Shown: positions 26,988 through 38,263 of the stretch, in pieces
How the letters are laid out: each line of letters opens with the position of its first letter
Numbering within the stretch: the first letter of the stretch is position 1
From: Geosiphon pyriformis uo1
Lineage: Eukaryota > Fungi > Glomeromycota
Assembly (NCBI GenBank): GCA_016748015.1
Contig: JAAOMT010000648.1
Coordinates: forward strand, 277,160-341,159
Direction of reading: 5' to 3'
Length of the DNA stretch: 64,000 bases
Notes under the pieces: model-generated
Told to the model about the DNA's origin: nothing
Databases searched by the model: none
Seen by the model: the letters and a program-made list of their open reading frames with translations, nothing else
Translations under genes and position numbers: made by a program

Positions 26988-29900
26988 TTCGAAAATATTT
27001 TTCTCAGATAATTCGTGAAAAAATCAAAATCAATTCTTGTTAAATGGCATCGTGTGTTGGGATTTTTATTTGAATGATTAGCAGTTAAGAGAGATAGGAT
27101 AAAAAAAAACAAAGATCAAAGTTTTCTATATTTCGGGAAAACTATAATTGAGATATTTTGAAAAATCAATTTAATCAATATTTTGGCAATAGAATATCTA
27201 TCAGAACGTATCAAATATCATTTATGAAAAAGTAGAAGGCACTTTACATGTTCGTTAGTTTGTTGTCTTATTTTCTAATTTAGAAATTACTTTTAATTGT
27301 TATTGATTGAGTTTTTTAATATTGAGGGAAAAGTATTTAAATTTACAACATTTTGTAAATTGTTTAGTCCTAATTTAAAACTAGTACTCTTCTTTATGCT
27401 ACGCTTTTTTATTGAAAATATTTATTAAATGACTTGAGATTTCAAGTAAATGTAACCGATAACTATATTCTTTATCCTAATATTTTGTTGTATGAACATC
27501 ATTTTAGAATTTGAATAGGTAATTTTTAGCATTTGATATCTTTCAATAAATTTTGTAAACATTTAAAAAATCGGATAAATCGTGTGCCTGTTTGTACACT
27601 TGAAATATAAATATTGACTATTTTGTGAATTGTATGTGGTCAATAAGTTACCAAACAAAACTAATATAGTTCCGTAGAAATTTTTAAAGTTAAAGTTTTC
27701 TCGTGGAATTAGTTGATAATAGTTATTTAGTGTTTTGACTTGAATCAATACCTACAACATTGGAAAATTATTAATCCAAAGTGAATTATTTTGCTACTTT
27801 TTGAAATTAGGAATCTTTTAAATAAGAAATTTGCAAAATTTATTTCATCCCAAATAATATCTAGGAGTAATAATTTTAAATTTTTAAAAAAATATCAAAA
27901 TAAATTTGACAAATTACTTTATATGAATTTTATAAGCTTTTATTTAAGCAGTTTTTTGAATTATTATATTGTGCTTGGACGAGTTATAGAATGCAAAGAG
28001 AATTGTTTTAATTTTTCTATTTGTGTATTTTATTCAACATAATACGTATATGTGTAAAGAATAAAAAGTTTTTTTTTCAAATTGAATAATAAATTTTGTG
28101 AAGCTAAACCAGAATTTAAATTAATGTTACTTTTTTAAATTATATAAAAAAGCGTTTTTCATTGCAATTTCTTTAACAAATAATTTTTATTGAAATTAAA
28201 AATTAAGCATTTATATAAAATGAAATATTTTTTGACTGTTCTAAAGAATAAAATATATTTCTCAATCAAATATTTATCATTTGAAAGTTATAACCTTAAA
28301 TCTTTTTAAGAACATTCTTAATATCAATAAAAAATTTTACATGGCAATGAAGATGTTTATTACAAATTTCCCCATTTTACAAGTGCCACAATTCAGATAT
28401 TAAGTTTCTTGAGAAAAATTTATAAAAAGCTTACGTCTCCAAGAATCTCAAACTTGAACAAAGTAACGATCTGATATTTTTAATTCCTCTTTTAAACAAA
28501 TTATTTCTATCAATTACTTGCCTCAAAGTTACAATTACAAGATTATCTTGGAGTTCTTCAAAAAGCTTGTACTTGTGAATCGGAAATATTGCTTCATTGG
28601 GGTCATAATAATTGGTTTTCATATGCTTCAACAGTCACACTTGAGGGTTACATGATTGATTCACGTACACTTTTAACGGTTGTTCGTGTAGGATCAGGGT
28701 TATCTTTGAAAATATAAATAAATAAGGAATGATCAGGCTAACTATTACGTAAAATGTAATGACTGCTAATATTAATATATTGATAACATATGAATAAAGA
28801 ATTAAGAATTTTTTAAAAACATGTACAAAATGAAAAAAGTGACTAATGATAATTAAAAAATCATGTATAAAAATCAATTAAAAAAAAATAATCATATAAT
28901 TTATTGTGAATAATTTAGAATTTTACTTAAAGAAAATATAGTTTTTTTATAGTAAAAAATATAAGTTTCTCATTTACTTAAAATACTGTTTGTCAAATAT
29001 AATTTTTAAATAAATAAAATAAAAATAATTATTTCGTAAAAATTATTTTTTACTAATATATTAATTAATGTTTCATCCATAAAACTTTTTATTTAATTTA
29101 ACATTTTTAAAAACTTTCAAAATAATCTATCTAAAACATTTTTAAACTCTTTTCATGTATGAAAATTTGATTTTTAATTTTTTTATGTATGAAATAATGG
29201 TTTAATATTTATTTTTTTAACTTATTTGTAACTTACATAAATAAAACCTTCAAACAGTATTCTTTAATATCAAAATGTTTCAGAAGAAATATCTTCAAAA
29301 AAGTTTTTGATATTAAAATTAAATTTAATAATGAATCTTACAATGCACTTGACAAAAGCAAATGAAAATCAATTGGGTACATTGTTAAAATTATGTCTGG
29401 TGCCATTCAACTTCCAATTGATTATACACATCTGTCATGCAGTAAGCCAATAAAACTGGGAATTTTTTTTTTTATCAGGTTTGATATTTAAAATTTCAAC
29501 ATGAAAAAGCACAAAAAGTATATATAAACTTATTACACGTATATCATGTTGAAAAAATGAAGGGAAAAACAACCTGGGCGATCAAGTAGAATATGTAATG
29601 ATGTTACACATTAACTCATTAATTGGCTTCCACTTTTTAATTATAAGATAGTGTGTGTCGAAGTTTTAATCACCAAATGGAAAGATGTCATTAAAAAAAA
29701 TTATAATTTTCTGCTCGTACAATAAATCAATTAATATTTCTTACTTTTTGCGCAAATTATATTTTAATATTACATTAAAAGATGAGAAAAAAAAACGAAA
29801 ATAGATATTACACTCACCTATATTGAACTGTTTTCAAATGTGCTCAAAGCTTCTTCCTGGTTGTGACTAAAAATTGTTTCGAATATTGGAACTAAATACG

Positions 29901-30135
29901 TTTTCAAAATCATAAATAAGAAACTCATCATTTCTATATGAGTTATTTGTTTATTATTTATATTAGAATGAGACATTATCAAGTTCTTCAAAGGTCTCAT
30001 GATAAGTGAAAAGATATTCATATTCAGGTAACAGATCATATCTGAAATTCAAAAAGTTCATTTCCTAAAATCATAATTACCAAGACTATATTTGGTCCCC
30101 TTTCCTAAAACCAAAAAAAAAATTTTTTTTGTGAG

Positions 30136-30795
30136 ATGAAAATGATTGGTGGCAATAAAGCCTTCCTTTTATGGTTCAAAACCACTATTGTCACTCATTA
30201 TATGAAATTTTCGATGAAATATCACCTACACTTGAATCCTTTCAAAATATTATCACTTTCTTTTTTTCTTTTACCCTTGATTCTTCTTTACTTTAACATG
30301 TTAAGTTTCCATGAAATTGCTCCCATTTTTGAAACTCCAAATTTGATACGGAATCTCGAAGTCATACCCAAATCTTTTCAGAAACGGCAGACAAAATTAG
30401 TTTTTCCAGAGATAAGGTTTAAAGCTTTGAACCGAATTGAGAATTCATTCTATATTAAGGGTAATCCTACTTGGTCTAAACAAACAAATGCAGAGTCTTC
30501 TTCATCTGTACCAAAAGAAACTGAGAAACAAAACCCTGAACAAACAAATTCAGTGTCTTCTTCGTCTGTACCAAAAGAAACTGAGAAACAAAACCCTGAA
30601 CAAACAAATTCAGTGTCTTCTTCGTCTGTACCAAAAGAAACTGGGAAACAAAACCCTCCTAATGGACAGTCATTAAAAGACCCCTCAAATAACTATTCTC
30701 ATCCTCATTCTCATAAAACTCAAAACCCAGATAAAAATAACCTTGTAATTGATTGTGACTGCCAAAATAAGCTACAGCGAAGCTTAAAACTTTAA
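30136..30795 (+). CDS. Signal-anchored protein with 20-aa tandem repeat; possible truncated derivative of the lipase family
   Basis: 219-aa ORF with a hydrophobic segment, a KRQ site, SSSSVPKETEKQNPEQTNSV repeats and a terminal DCDC motif. No lipase core is visible. Confidence 0.55.
   Translation: MKMIGGNKAFLLWFKTTIVTHYMKFSMKYHLHLNPFKILSLSFFLLPLILLYFNMLSFHEIAPIFETPNLIRNLEVIPKSFQKRQTKLVFPEIRFKALNRIENSFYIKGNPTWSKQTNAESSSSVPKETEKQNPEQTNSVSSSSVPKETEKQNPEQTNSVSSSSVPKETGKQNPPNGQSLKDPSNNYSHPHSHKTQNPDKNNLVIDCDCQNKLQRSLKL
30481..30657 (+). repeat. 60-bp tandem repeat, about 3 copies
   Basis: The lines starting at 30481, 30541 and 30601 are near-identical. Confidence 0.95.
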
Positions 30796-31434
30796 ATTAT
30801 TCTAATTTTTTTGAAATGGAAATAATAACTAAATGGAAATGATTTCTCAGATGGCAAAGCTGGTGGTTTCTAAACTCAAACTTTATAAATTCTAGAGATT
30901 GTCCCGTCAATTTTAAAGCATAATATAGTTTATATTCAAAAAAATGGTTGCATAATTCAAAAATATTAATATTTTTTATGATATTAAAATATAATTTTCC
31001 AATTTCATATTTGACATATTCAGAATATGTAATAAAAAGACCTTATAACTTAAAGAAATCCCTTTCATTTAGAGCGTTACTATTTTTTAATATTTTTTAA
31101 TGAATAAGAAAAAATTCATTCATTTTTAAAATAAAGTTTCTTTGAAATAAAAATTTTAATTTTAATTCACTATGTCAAATAGTACAGTTTTCTATGAAAA
31201 AATTATTTCTAATTTATATATACATTTACATGTATTTTCAATTATGCTCAAAGATATATTTGAAATGGTTAAATGGGGATTGCAATCGTCGGGAAAACCT
31301 TTTTTTTATTTTTTTTGTTATTGATGTCTGAATTGATAAACACGTGAAATCTTTTTAAGACATTGAATTTTTTCAAAATGTCCCCACTGCAATAGCAGCC
31401 CTTTGGTCAAAAGAGAAAGCTATTCAAGTCACCC

Positions 31435-32918
31435 ATGAAAGTCTTGTTGAAATGCGAAAAATGTATCTGGATATTTATCTTAATTACCACGGTGTTCGAT
31501 AAATTTACAATATATTGCCAAAAAATTTCTTCCTCCTCCTTAATAAACCAAAAGACGCACTCTAAAAGGAATAATTCAAACTTGGAAATTCTACCAATAA
31601 ATTTTATTCCCGTTTTAAAAAGTGAACATTTAAAATATGAAAAGTTTCCTTTATACGTTCGTGAAAATAAATTATTGATCCTGGCAACTCAAGGATTTGG
31701 CAAATACACAAAATCATCACCGCCAAAAATCATAGTCAAAGATCCCGAAATTATAACTTTATTCACATCAATGGCACAAATGGCTAACATTCCATTTTGT
31801 AAAAACAGTGATACGATGACTATAAAGGAAAAGGGAATTATAGGTAATTAATTTTTGTTTTGATTAAATTAAATTTTTATCATTAATTGCGATGCTTATG
31901 TTTATGTTCAAAACACGATTTTCTTTTTTAAGGTAACATTATTTCAGTAGAAAAATCTGGAAAAATTTTTGGGTACTTTCGAGGTATAGCTTTTCTTTGA
32001 ATTTTTGATTCTTTCAAGATATAAAACTATCCTAAAACGAAATTTCTTTACCCAAGGTCCAGAAATGAATGCAAAGGAATGGGCTCGAAGAAAATCAGAT
32101 TTTATGAAATTTAATATCGCTCCGAAAGGCTGGTCAGTGGATAATACCTGGGCAAAACCATTTTTAGCATTAGACGGCCCATTTGCTACAATTTTATCAA
32201 AAATTATTCACTACTGTGAGCAGATGAAAAAAGTTGAACCAGAGATATATTTAACAGGTCATGGAATTGGAGGAGGTGAATTTTTATTGCAAATTGAATT
32301 TAAAATTTCGAATCTGGTAATATATATATATATATTACCTTTTCATTCAATTTTGTAGTCTATGCTCTTTATGTTGGAATACTATTGCACGGTTCAAGGT
32401 CAATATTTGAAAAAACGATCCCAGGTCAAACTCGGCACTTGACGATTGTTACCTTTGGACAACCAAGACCAGGAAATGAAAAGCTAGCGCAATTCATTCA
32501 ATTCAAAAAGAAAAATTTTAAAGTTTACAGAGTAACTAATAAGGACGATATGGTACCTCACTATCCCATAAAATCTTCTCAGGGAAAACGATACTCTCAT
32601 GTTGGGAGCGAGTATTGGATTAGTGATATTAGTTGCGATTGTTCAACAAAAAACCCAAAGACAAAGGATTCCTTGTCATTTGCTCTTTACGAGTGTCCAA
32701 GTGTCTTTTCAGAGGATTCAGATGGTGTTGGAGAAAATATGGTAATTTATAAAGAAACTTTCAAAAAGGGTTAATAAATTCTGATATCAAAATTTTTTTT
32801 AAATTTTTAGAATTGCAATCTAGGAACACTTGGGACAAGTACTTCCACACACTATGGTCCCTATTTTGGAACTACATTTGGAAGATGTGAAGATTATCAA
32901 CCAAAAATTGGTGAATAA
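31435..32918 (+). CDS. L11: class 3 lipase-fold protein, Ser->Gly (GHGIGG)
   Basis: Exons 31435-31843, 31933-31983, 32057-32275, 32359-32741 and 32811-32918. Motifs ANIPFC, GYFRG, VTFGQPRPGN, KDDMVP, SCDC and THYGPYFG. Confidence 0.88.
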
Positions 32919-34911
32919 ATGATCCTTTTTCCAAAAATCAAGAAAATTCTTAAAGGTAAAGCAAAGTTTTTGATGAAGAATTCAGGTAAATAATATTTCC
33001 TAATATTTTGCTGCATCTTAAGATTTTCAAAGCTTGTAATCAATTTTGATGCCTGGTTGTGATTTCTTTTATTTTATTCCATTTTAATTCTTTATTTTAA
33101 GAATTAGGACGGTAGGGGGAATTCACGGGATCATGGAGTTGAAATTTAGATTGAAAGGTTTATATAAAGATTCAGTTAATTGAAATTTGATATGGAAACA
33201 AAGTTTTCCGAAAATTTAAAGTATAGTTTTTTTGAAAATAAATATTATTTTATTCGTTTTGCCTTAAGTTTTTAGAAATGATTTGAACGTCAATATTTTT
33301 TTCATTAAGGTTACTAATGCTAAAAATCAAATTACCTTTAAATAATAAAATCAATGCTAAATTACAATTTGTAAATACAAATTGATCAAAACCAGTTATA
33401 AATAAAAATTTCCTTTAAACTCGGAAACATTTTTCTTTGAGTACGCTTTTATTTCAAAATATTTTTTTTAATTGGTGACTGAGACCATCTGCTACTTTAG
33501 TTTCTGGTCAAAAAATTTCTCTATCAACTGATCAAACGAGATATTACCAGTAATAAAGTCTTAAAATCGATCAAAGAAATCAATCTATTTTATTAATCAA
33601 TTTTGAAAATTTACATGGATTAGTAACCGGAAAATAATTAAGATAGAAATAAATAAATATCAATGATCTCTTAGAGATTATCCAAAAATTCCTCTCAAAA
33701 TGTCCGGCCGATCCGAATATAGTAGATAAAAAATAAAAAAAAATTTTAATTTTAACAAGTGATTGATTCCGAACATTATTTTCATTGCTACTTATCGTTC
33801 TGCGTCATTTATCCTTTTTGCACACCCACTTATTATAGCTTTAAAAGATTGTTGGAAAAAATAAGTTCTTTCGATGAAATTTTTATTCCGAGAATACTTT
33901 TTTAATGGTCTTCTTTGTCAGTGATTATATTAAAAACTTTTATTATCAATCATATAAATTAAATTTTTAGTGAATTATAAATCAAATGGCAAACTTCAAT
34001 AATTTCTCTGATATAACTTGGGATCACCCAAATGGTACATCAAAAACACAATTAAAAACCTGAATCGCAATGCGAAGGATAAAACTGCATTGAAGACAAA
34101 TATATTTTAGCATGAAAGCTTTGTTTATCAAGATTTCCCGTATTTTGGAGGCCATAGCTAAAAAAAAATTTGAGTGACTTCACTTTAATTAACCATTCAT
34201 TCAAAGCTAGAATAGCTAATAATAAAGTGAATTAAAAGATAGGCATTATCAGGAAGTATTATTTTAGGATATCAATTAAGCCTCTAAAATCAAGAATCAA
34301 TAATAAAATTCCATGCTTAATTTATTTAGATTATTTTAAGATTTGCTGGTCCAAGAATAGAATATTGCTTTAAATAACTTGATTTTTACACTTGACCATT
34401 ATTTTTTTTTTCTGATTATAAAAATATTTACACAAATTTTTGAGTAAAAATTTAACTGATTATTCAGAATTTTCAATAAAATTGGATTCAAATTTTATGC
34501 ATTTATGAATTCAAAAAAAGAATTGATTATATTATTGTATATATACAGTATAAAATTTACCATTATAAAAAAATTTAAATTTTATTTAAAAAAACAAAGC
34601 ATTATTAATTTGATAATTAATACATTTCTTTTTAAGTAAATATTCTTTTTTTTTTTTTGGAATTTTTTGAATATATTGCAAATATTAATCTTAGGTTTCT
34701 TTGTGGAAATTATAAATTTTTTATTCATAAAATAATTCAATCGACTGCATTTATAAATTGTATTAACCATAGTTGATAGTACAGGCATTGCTAAAATATT
34801 TTTCATAATAGGAATTACTAATATTTTATTTTTAAGCATTAATTACTCAACAAAATTTTCAGTAACTCAAAAAGCGATCTTAATAGTCTCCAATGACAGC
34901 AATCAGAAACT

Positions 34912-34955
34912 AAACGAACGAACGAACGAACGAACGAACGAATGAATGAATGAAT
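34912..34955. repeat. (AACG)n(AATG)n microsatellite
   Basis: Directly visible. Confidence 0.85.
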
Positions 34956-35757
34956 GGGTAAAGTTTAGCATCACTAATCTCTGTATTATTTCACAGAAAA
35001 TAAATTTCATAAAATGAAAATGAAAAAAAATTTCTAAATAATTTTTCATTTCTTTACTATATAAAATTTGACATAGAATAACCAGTTCACTAATAATCAA
35101 TAACTGTCATATGAAGATAAATATCTGTTGAAAAGACTTGACAATTTATGAAATTTTCATTAAAAATCTTAATTGATTACAATAATCAGGCTTTTAATTT
35201 AATAAATTTCAAAATCATCCCTTTTAGCTGCTGCTGCTGGTGCTGGTGCTGCATCAAAAACGTCGAGCAGTTTGAAAAATCTCTTAAAATCATAATATTT
35301 ATTTATTCTCACGAAAGTGATGTGAGGGCATTGCAATTACGTGTTTTTAATTTCGAGTGAAATTCTAAATAAATAAATAAATAAATTAATAGCATGAATG
35401 CACTTTTTGTACATTAATAAAATTTTATTCAAATCAAAACCTTTTAGAACATAGTATTATCAAGACTTGAGACAAAATGTTTATGATTTGTTAAGTTATT
35501 ATTATTAAAAAAGAAGATTTTCCCGTTCCATGGTATTTCCGCTGCCAAATTAAATTAATAACTTTATTCTTCTAAACTTCTTTGTTCACCGTATAAATCA
35601 ATTCAAGGTTTTGTCTTCGGATAAACTCAGAGTTTATCAAAAGTAATGTACATTGCGGGATATTATTTTTAATCTTTTTTCCAGAATTCATTAAGACCTA
35701 AAATGAGATACATGCTTTTCTGAATTTGCTAAAAAATTTCCAAAATAACAACCGTCG

Positions 35758-35780
35758 AAAATTTTGAAAAGATATAAATA
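35758..35780 (+). promoter_or_regulatory. Putative TATA-containing element shared with the paralog at 37772
   Basis: AAAATTTTGAAAAGATATAAATA here versus AAAATTTTCAAAAGATATAAATA at ~37609-37631, each upstream of a related ORF. Confidence 0.5.
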
Positions 35781-35959
35781 TGGGCTCTAAATTTTTTGGA
35801 TAGCTATTGAGATATATTTCTTGCGAAGCTTTTTATAAAAATAATTTCTTTTTCTATTTCTATTTCTTTGGGCTAAAGATTTTCAAATTTAGAAAAAAAA
35901 TTTACCACTACTTCACATTAAAGCTTTAATAATACACTGAAAATTTAATCACCCTCACG

Positions 35960-36307
35960 ATGAAGAATATCTTTCTGCTCACTTTATTAGTTGTGCTTAT
36001 CTTTACCAGCTGGTCTGTTAACGTCAACTCTGCACCCATTACAGATCTTGATTATTATGGGGAACCAAGCGATTATCCAGGCCAAATATTCCCAAATTCC
36101 GAAAATACTAGCATGCCAAAGGAAACATTACCAGCATCTGACTCTAGCTTTAACTATGACGATAAAAACCTCTCAAATGAAAACCTTCAGGCTTTTCCAG
36201 ACTTTCAAAATTCTTTCAATCAAAATCCTTTTGCTGGAAAATTACCTAACCTTGAAGAAACAACCAAAAGAGTTGATAATTGGTTGAGAAAAACCCTTAA
36301 TTATTGA
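35960..36307 (+). CDS. Small secreted protein (115 aa), acidic, Cys-free
   Basis: Signal peptide MKNIFLLTLLVVLIFTSWSVNVNS-API; single exon; paralogous leader at 37772. Confidence 0.75.
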   Translation: MKNIFLLTLLVVLIFTSWSVNVNSAPITDLDYYGEPSDYPGQIFPNSENTSMPKETLPASDSSFNYDDKNLSNENLQAFPDFQNSFNQNPFAGKLPNLEETTKRVDNWLRKTLNY

Positions 36308-37771
36308 AGAATTTAGTTCAATTCTTAATTCCTAAATACATAGTTACATATATAGAGATTGATTGCTAAGTCATAGTTTTGGATAAAAAATTGGCAAACT
36401 AATTTTCTCAGGAATATTAGTTTTAGATTAAATTTTTCTTAACTCTTTGTATTTTTTCATTTCCATGTTTTTTTTTATAAAGAAATATAATAAATTAAAA
36501 AATTCCAAATTTGGACTATATATTAACTCATTTATCTTTTGTTTTTTTTTCTGCAGAAATTGAAAAAGAGAAAAAAAAGCAAGATATCTTAAAACTTATT
36601 ATTATTATTATTAACACAAAATTTAAAATTGATTTCAAGAAATAAATTTTGTAAATTTTAACTTTAAAAATAATACCAGTTTAATTATTTATAAAAATAC
36701 TTTTGAAATTATCACTAATAAGAATTGCTATTATTATTATTTTTTTTTGCATATAAAAAGTTTTTTTTTCTTTTAAGCTATTTGTATGTAAAAAAAAAAC
36801 TCCCCATATTTTTATAAACAACAAAATTTCAACCTTAATTTTTGTTTATATTAATTTCAAAGATTTTTTTATTTTATTAATGAGATAGGAATTTAAAATT
36901 ATTTTTATACGATACATATTATCCCACGTACTTCATTAAAATTTAAATCGATATATATATATATTATAAAAAAAAGAATTATTATGAAAAGGTCAATAAA
37001 AAATTTCCCAAATAACCGATATTCATATGGAACAGTTTGTAATTTTTGACGAGCCGAAATATAGTATCTCCATAATATTGATAAGGTCAGCCAGAGTATT
37101 AATTATTAGGTTACAGAAATCTTGACGGTGACACAAGCCCGAGAGGTATAAGCCGGTAAATTTTGCTAAATTTTTTAAAAGATTATTATATTTTTTAAAT
37201 TTAAAATTAATAAGTAATAATAAAAATATTATTATTATTATTATTATTATTTACCCTTAAAAAACACTTTTTGAATTTTACAATTAACTATATTATAATT
37301 TGTAAGAATAGTTTCATTATTCATAATACTAAAAAGAGCTGATATCTTGCCACTATGAATTGAATTACTTATTACCTATCAGTAATTCTGAAACAAAAAT
37401 TTCGGTAATTTTATATCCGGAAATTTTAAAAAAATTAAAAAAAGATTCTCGGAGCGGAAAATTTTAATAAATAATATGCTGAATTTCCTTTTTTTAATTA
37501 AAATATCGTGATGTTTAAAAATTTTCCAAAAAAAATAATCATACATGAAATATGAAATCTTTTTACCTAATACCTTAGAATATATACTTAATTAGATATC
37601 ACTCGCCAAAAATTTTCAAAAGATATAAATACAAAAGCAAAAGTATTTGTCAAAAAAAAAAAAATTTTATAAAATCAATCATTTTTTGTATTAAATTTAA
37701 ATTGAAAAGTTTTTGAGTAAATTTTTGACAACATTAAAAACCTTAAAAATACTCTTTAAATTATTTCTAAA

Positions 37772-38263
37772 ATGAAAAACTACTTGCAATTTACTTTATT
37801 TGCAACTTTAACTGTTATCAGCTGGTCTGGTCTAATCTACTCAACTCCAATTCCCCTTGGCGAAGGAATCAATTTCCCTGACGACACTTTTGCACTCCCT
37901 TCTGGATTTGATTTCTCTGACGACGCTCCTGTTTCCCCCCCTATATTTCAAGAGAATAATTTAGCTTCAATACCATTTTTCTCAACGGCCGACAATGTTA
38001 GCCCTGTCCTTGAATCTATCCCTAACCTTATCCCTAATATGAAGAATTTTATTCAAAATCTTACTCCTTTTCCTACTTCCACTTCTAGTTATTATTCTAA
38101 CCCTAACTCTAGCCCTACTTTTAGTTCTTTTTTTATACCTACTTCTACTTCTACTTCTACTTCTACTTCTACTCCTACTCCTACTCCTAACACTCGTATT
38201 TCTATTCCTAAGGCTGCCTTCAATTTTTACCCTGACTCGGAGGAGGATTTGTTACTAAATTAG
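37772..38263 (+). CDS. Small secreted Ser/Thr/Pro-rich protein (163 aa)
   Basis: Signal peptide MKNYLQFTLFATLTVISWSGLIYS-TPI; (TS)n(TP)n tract; single exon. Confidence 0.75.
   Translation: MKNYLQFTLFATLTVISWSGLIYSTPIPLGEGINFPDDTFALPSGFDFSDDAPVSPPIFQENNLASIPFFSTADNVSPVLESIPNLIPNMKNFIQNLTPFPTSTSSYYSNPNSSPTFSSFFIPTSTSTSTSTSTPTPTPNTRISIPKAAFNFYPDSEEDLLLN

Noticed and set aside
30481-30657. CRISPR-like array
   Set aside because: Contiguous coding repeats with no spacers, in a eukaryotic context.
196-32774. Treating the fragmented lipase ORFs as frameshifted pseudogenes
   Set aside because: The breaks coincide with introns at conserved positions and phases, and the spliced frames are open.
33120-33145. 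FTGHGV-like stretch suggesting a 12th lipase relic
   Set aside because: It needs an indel, and no flanking lipase motifs or splice signals were found.
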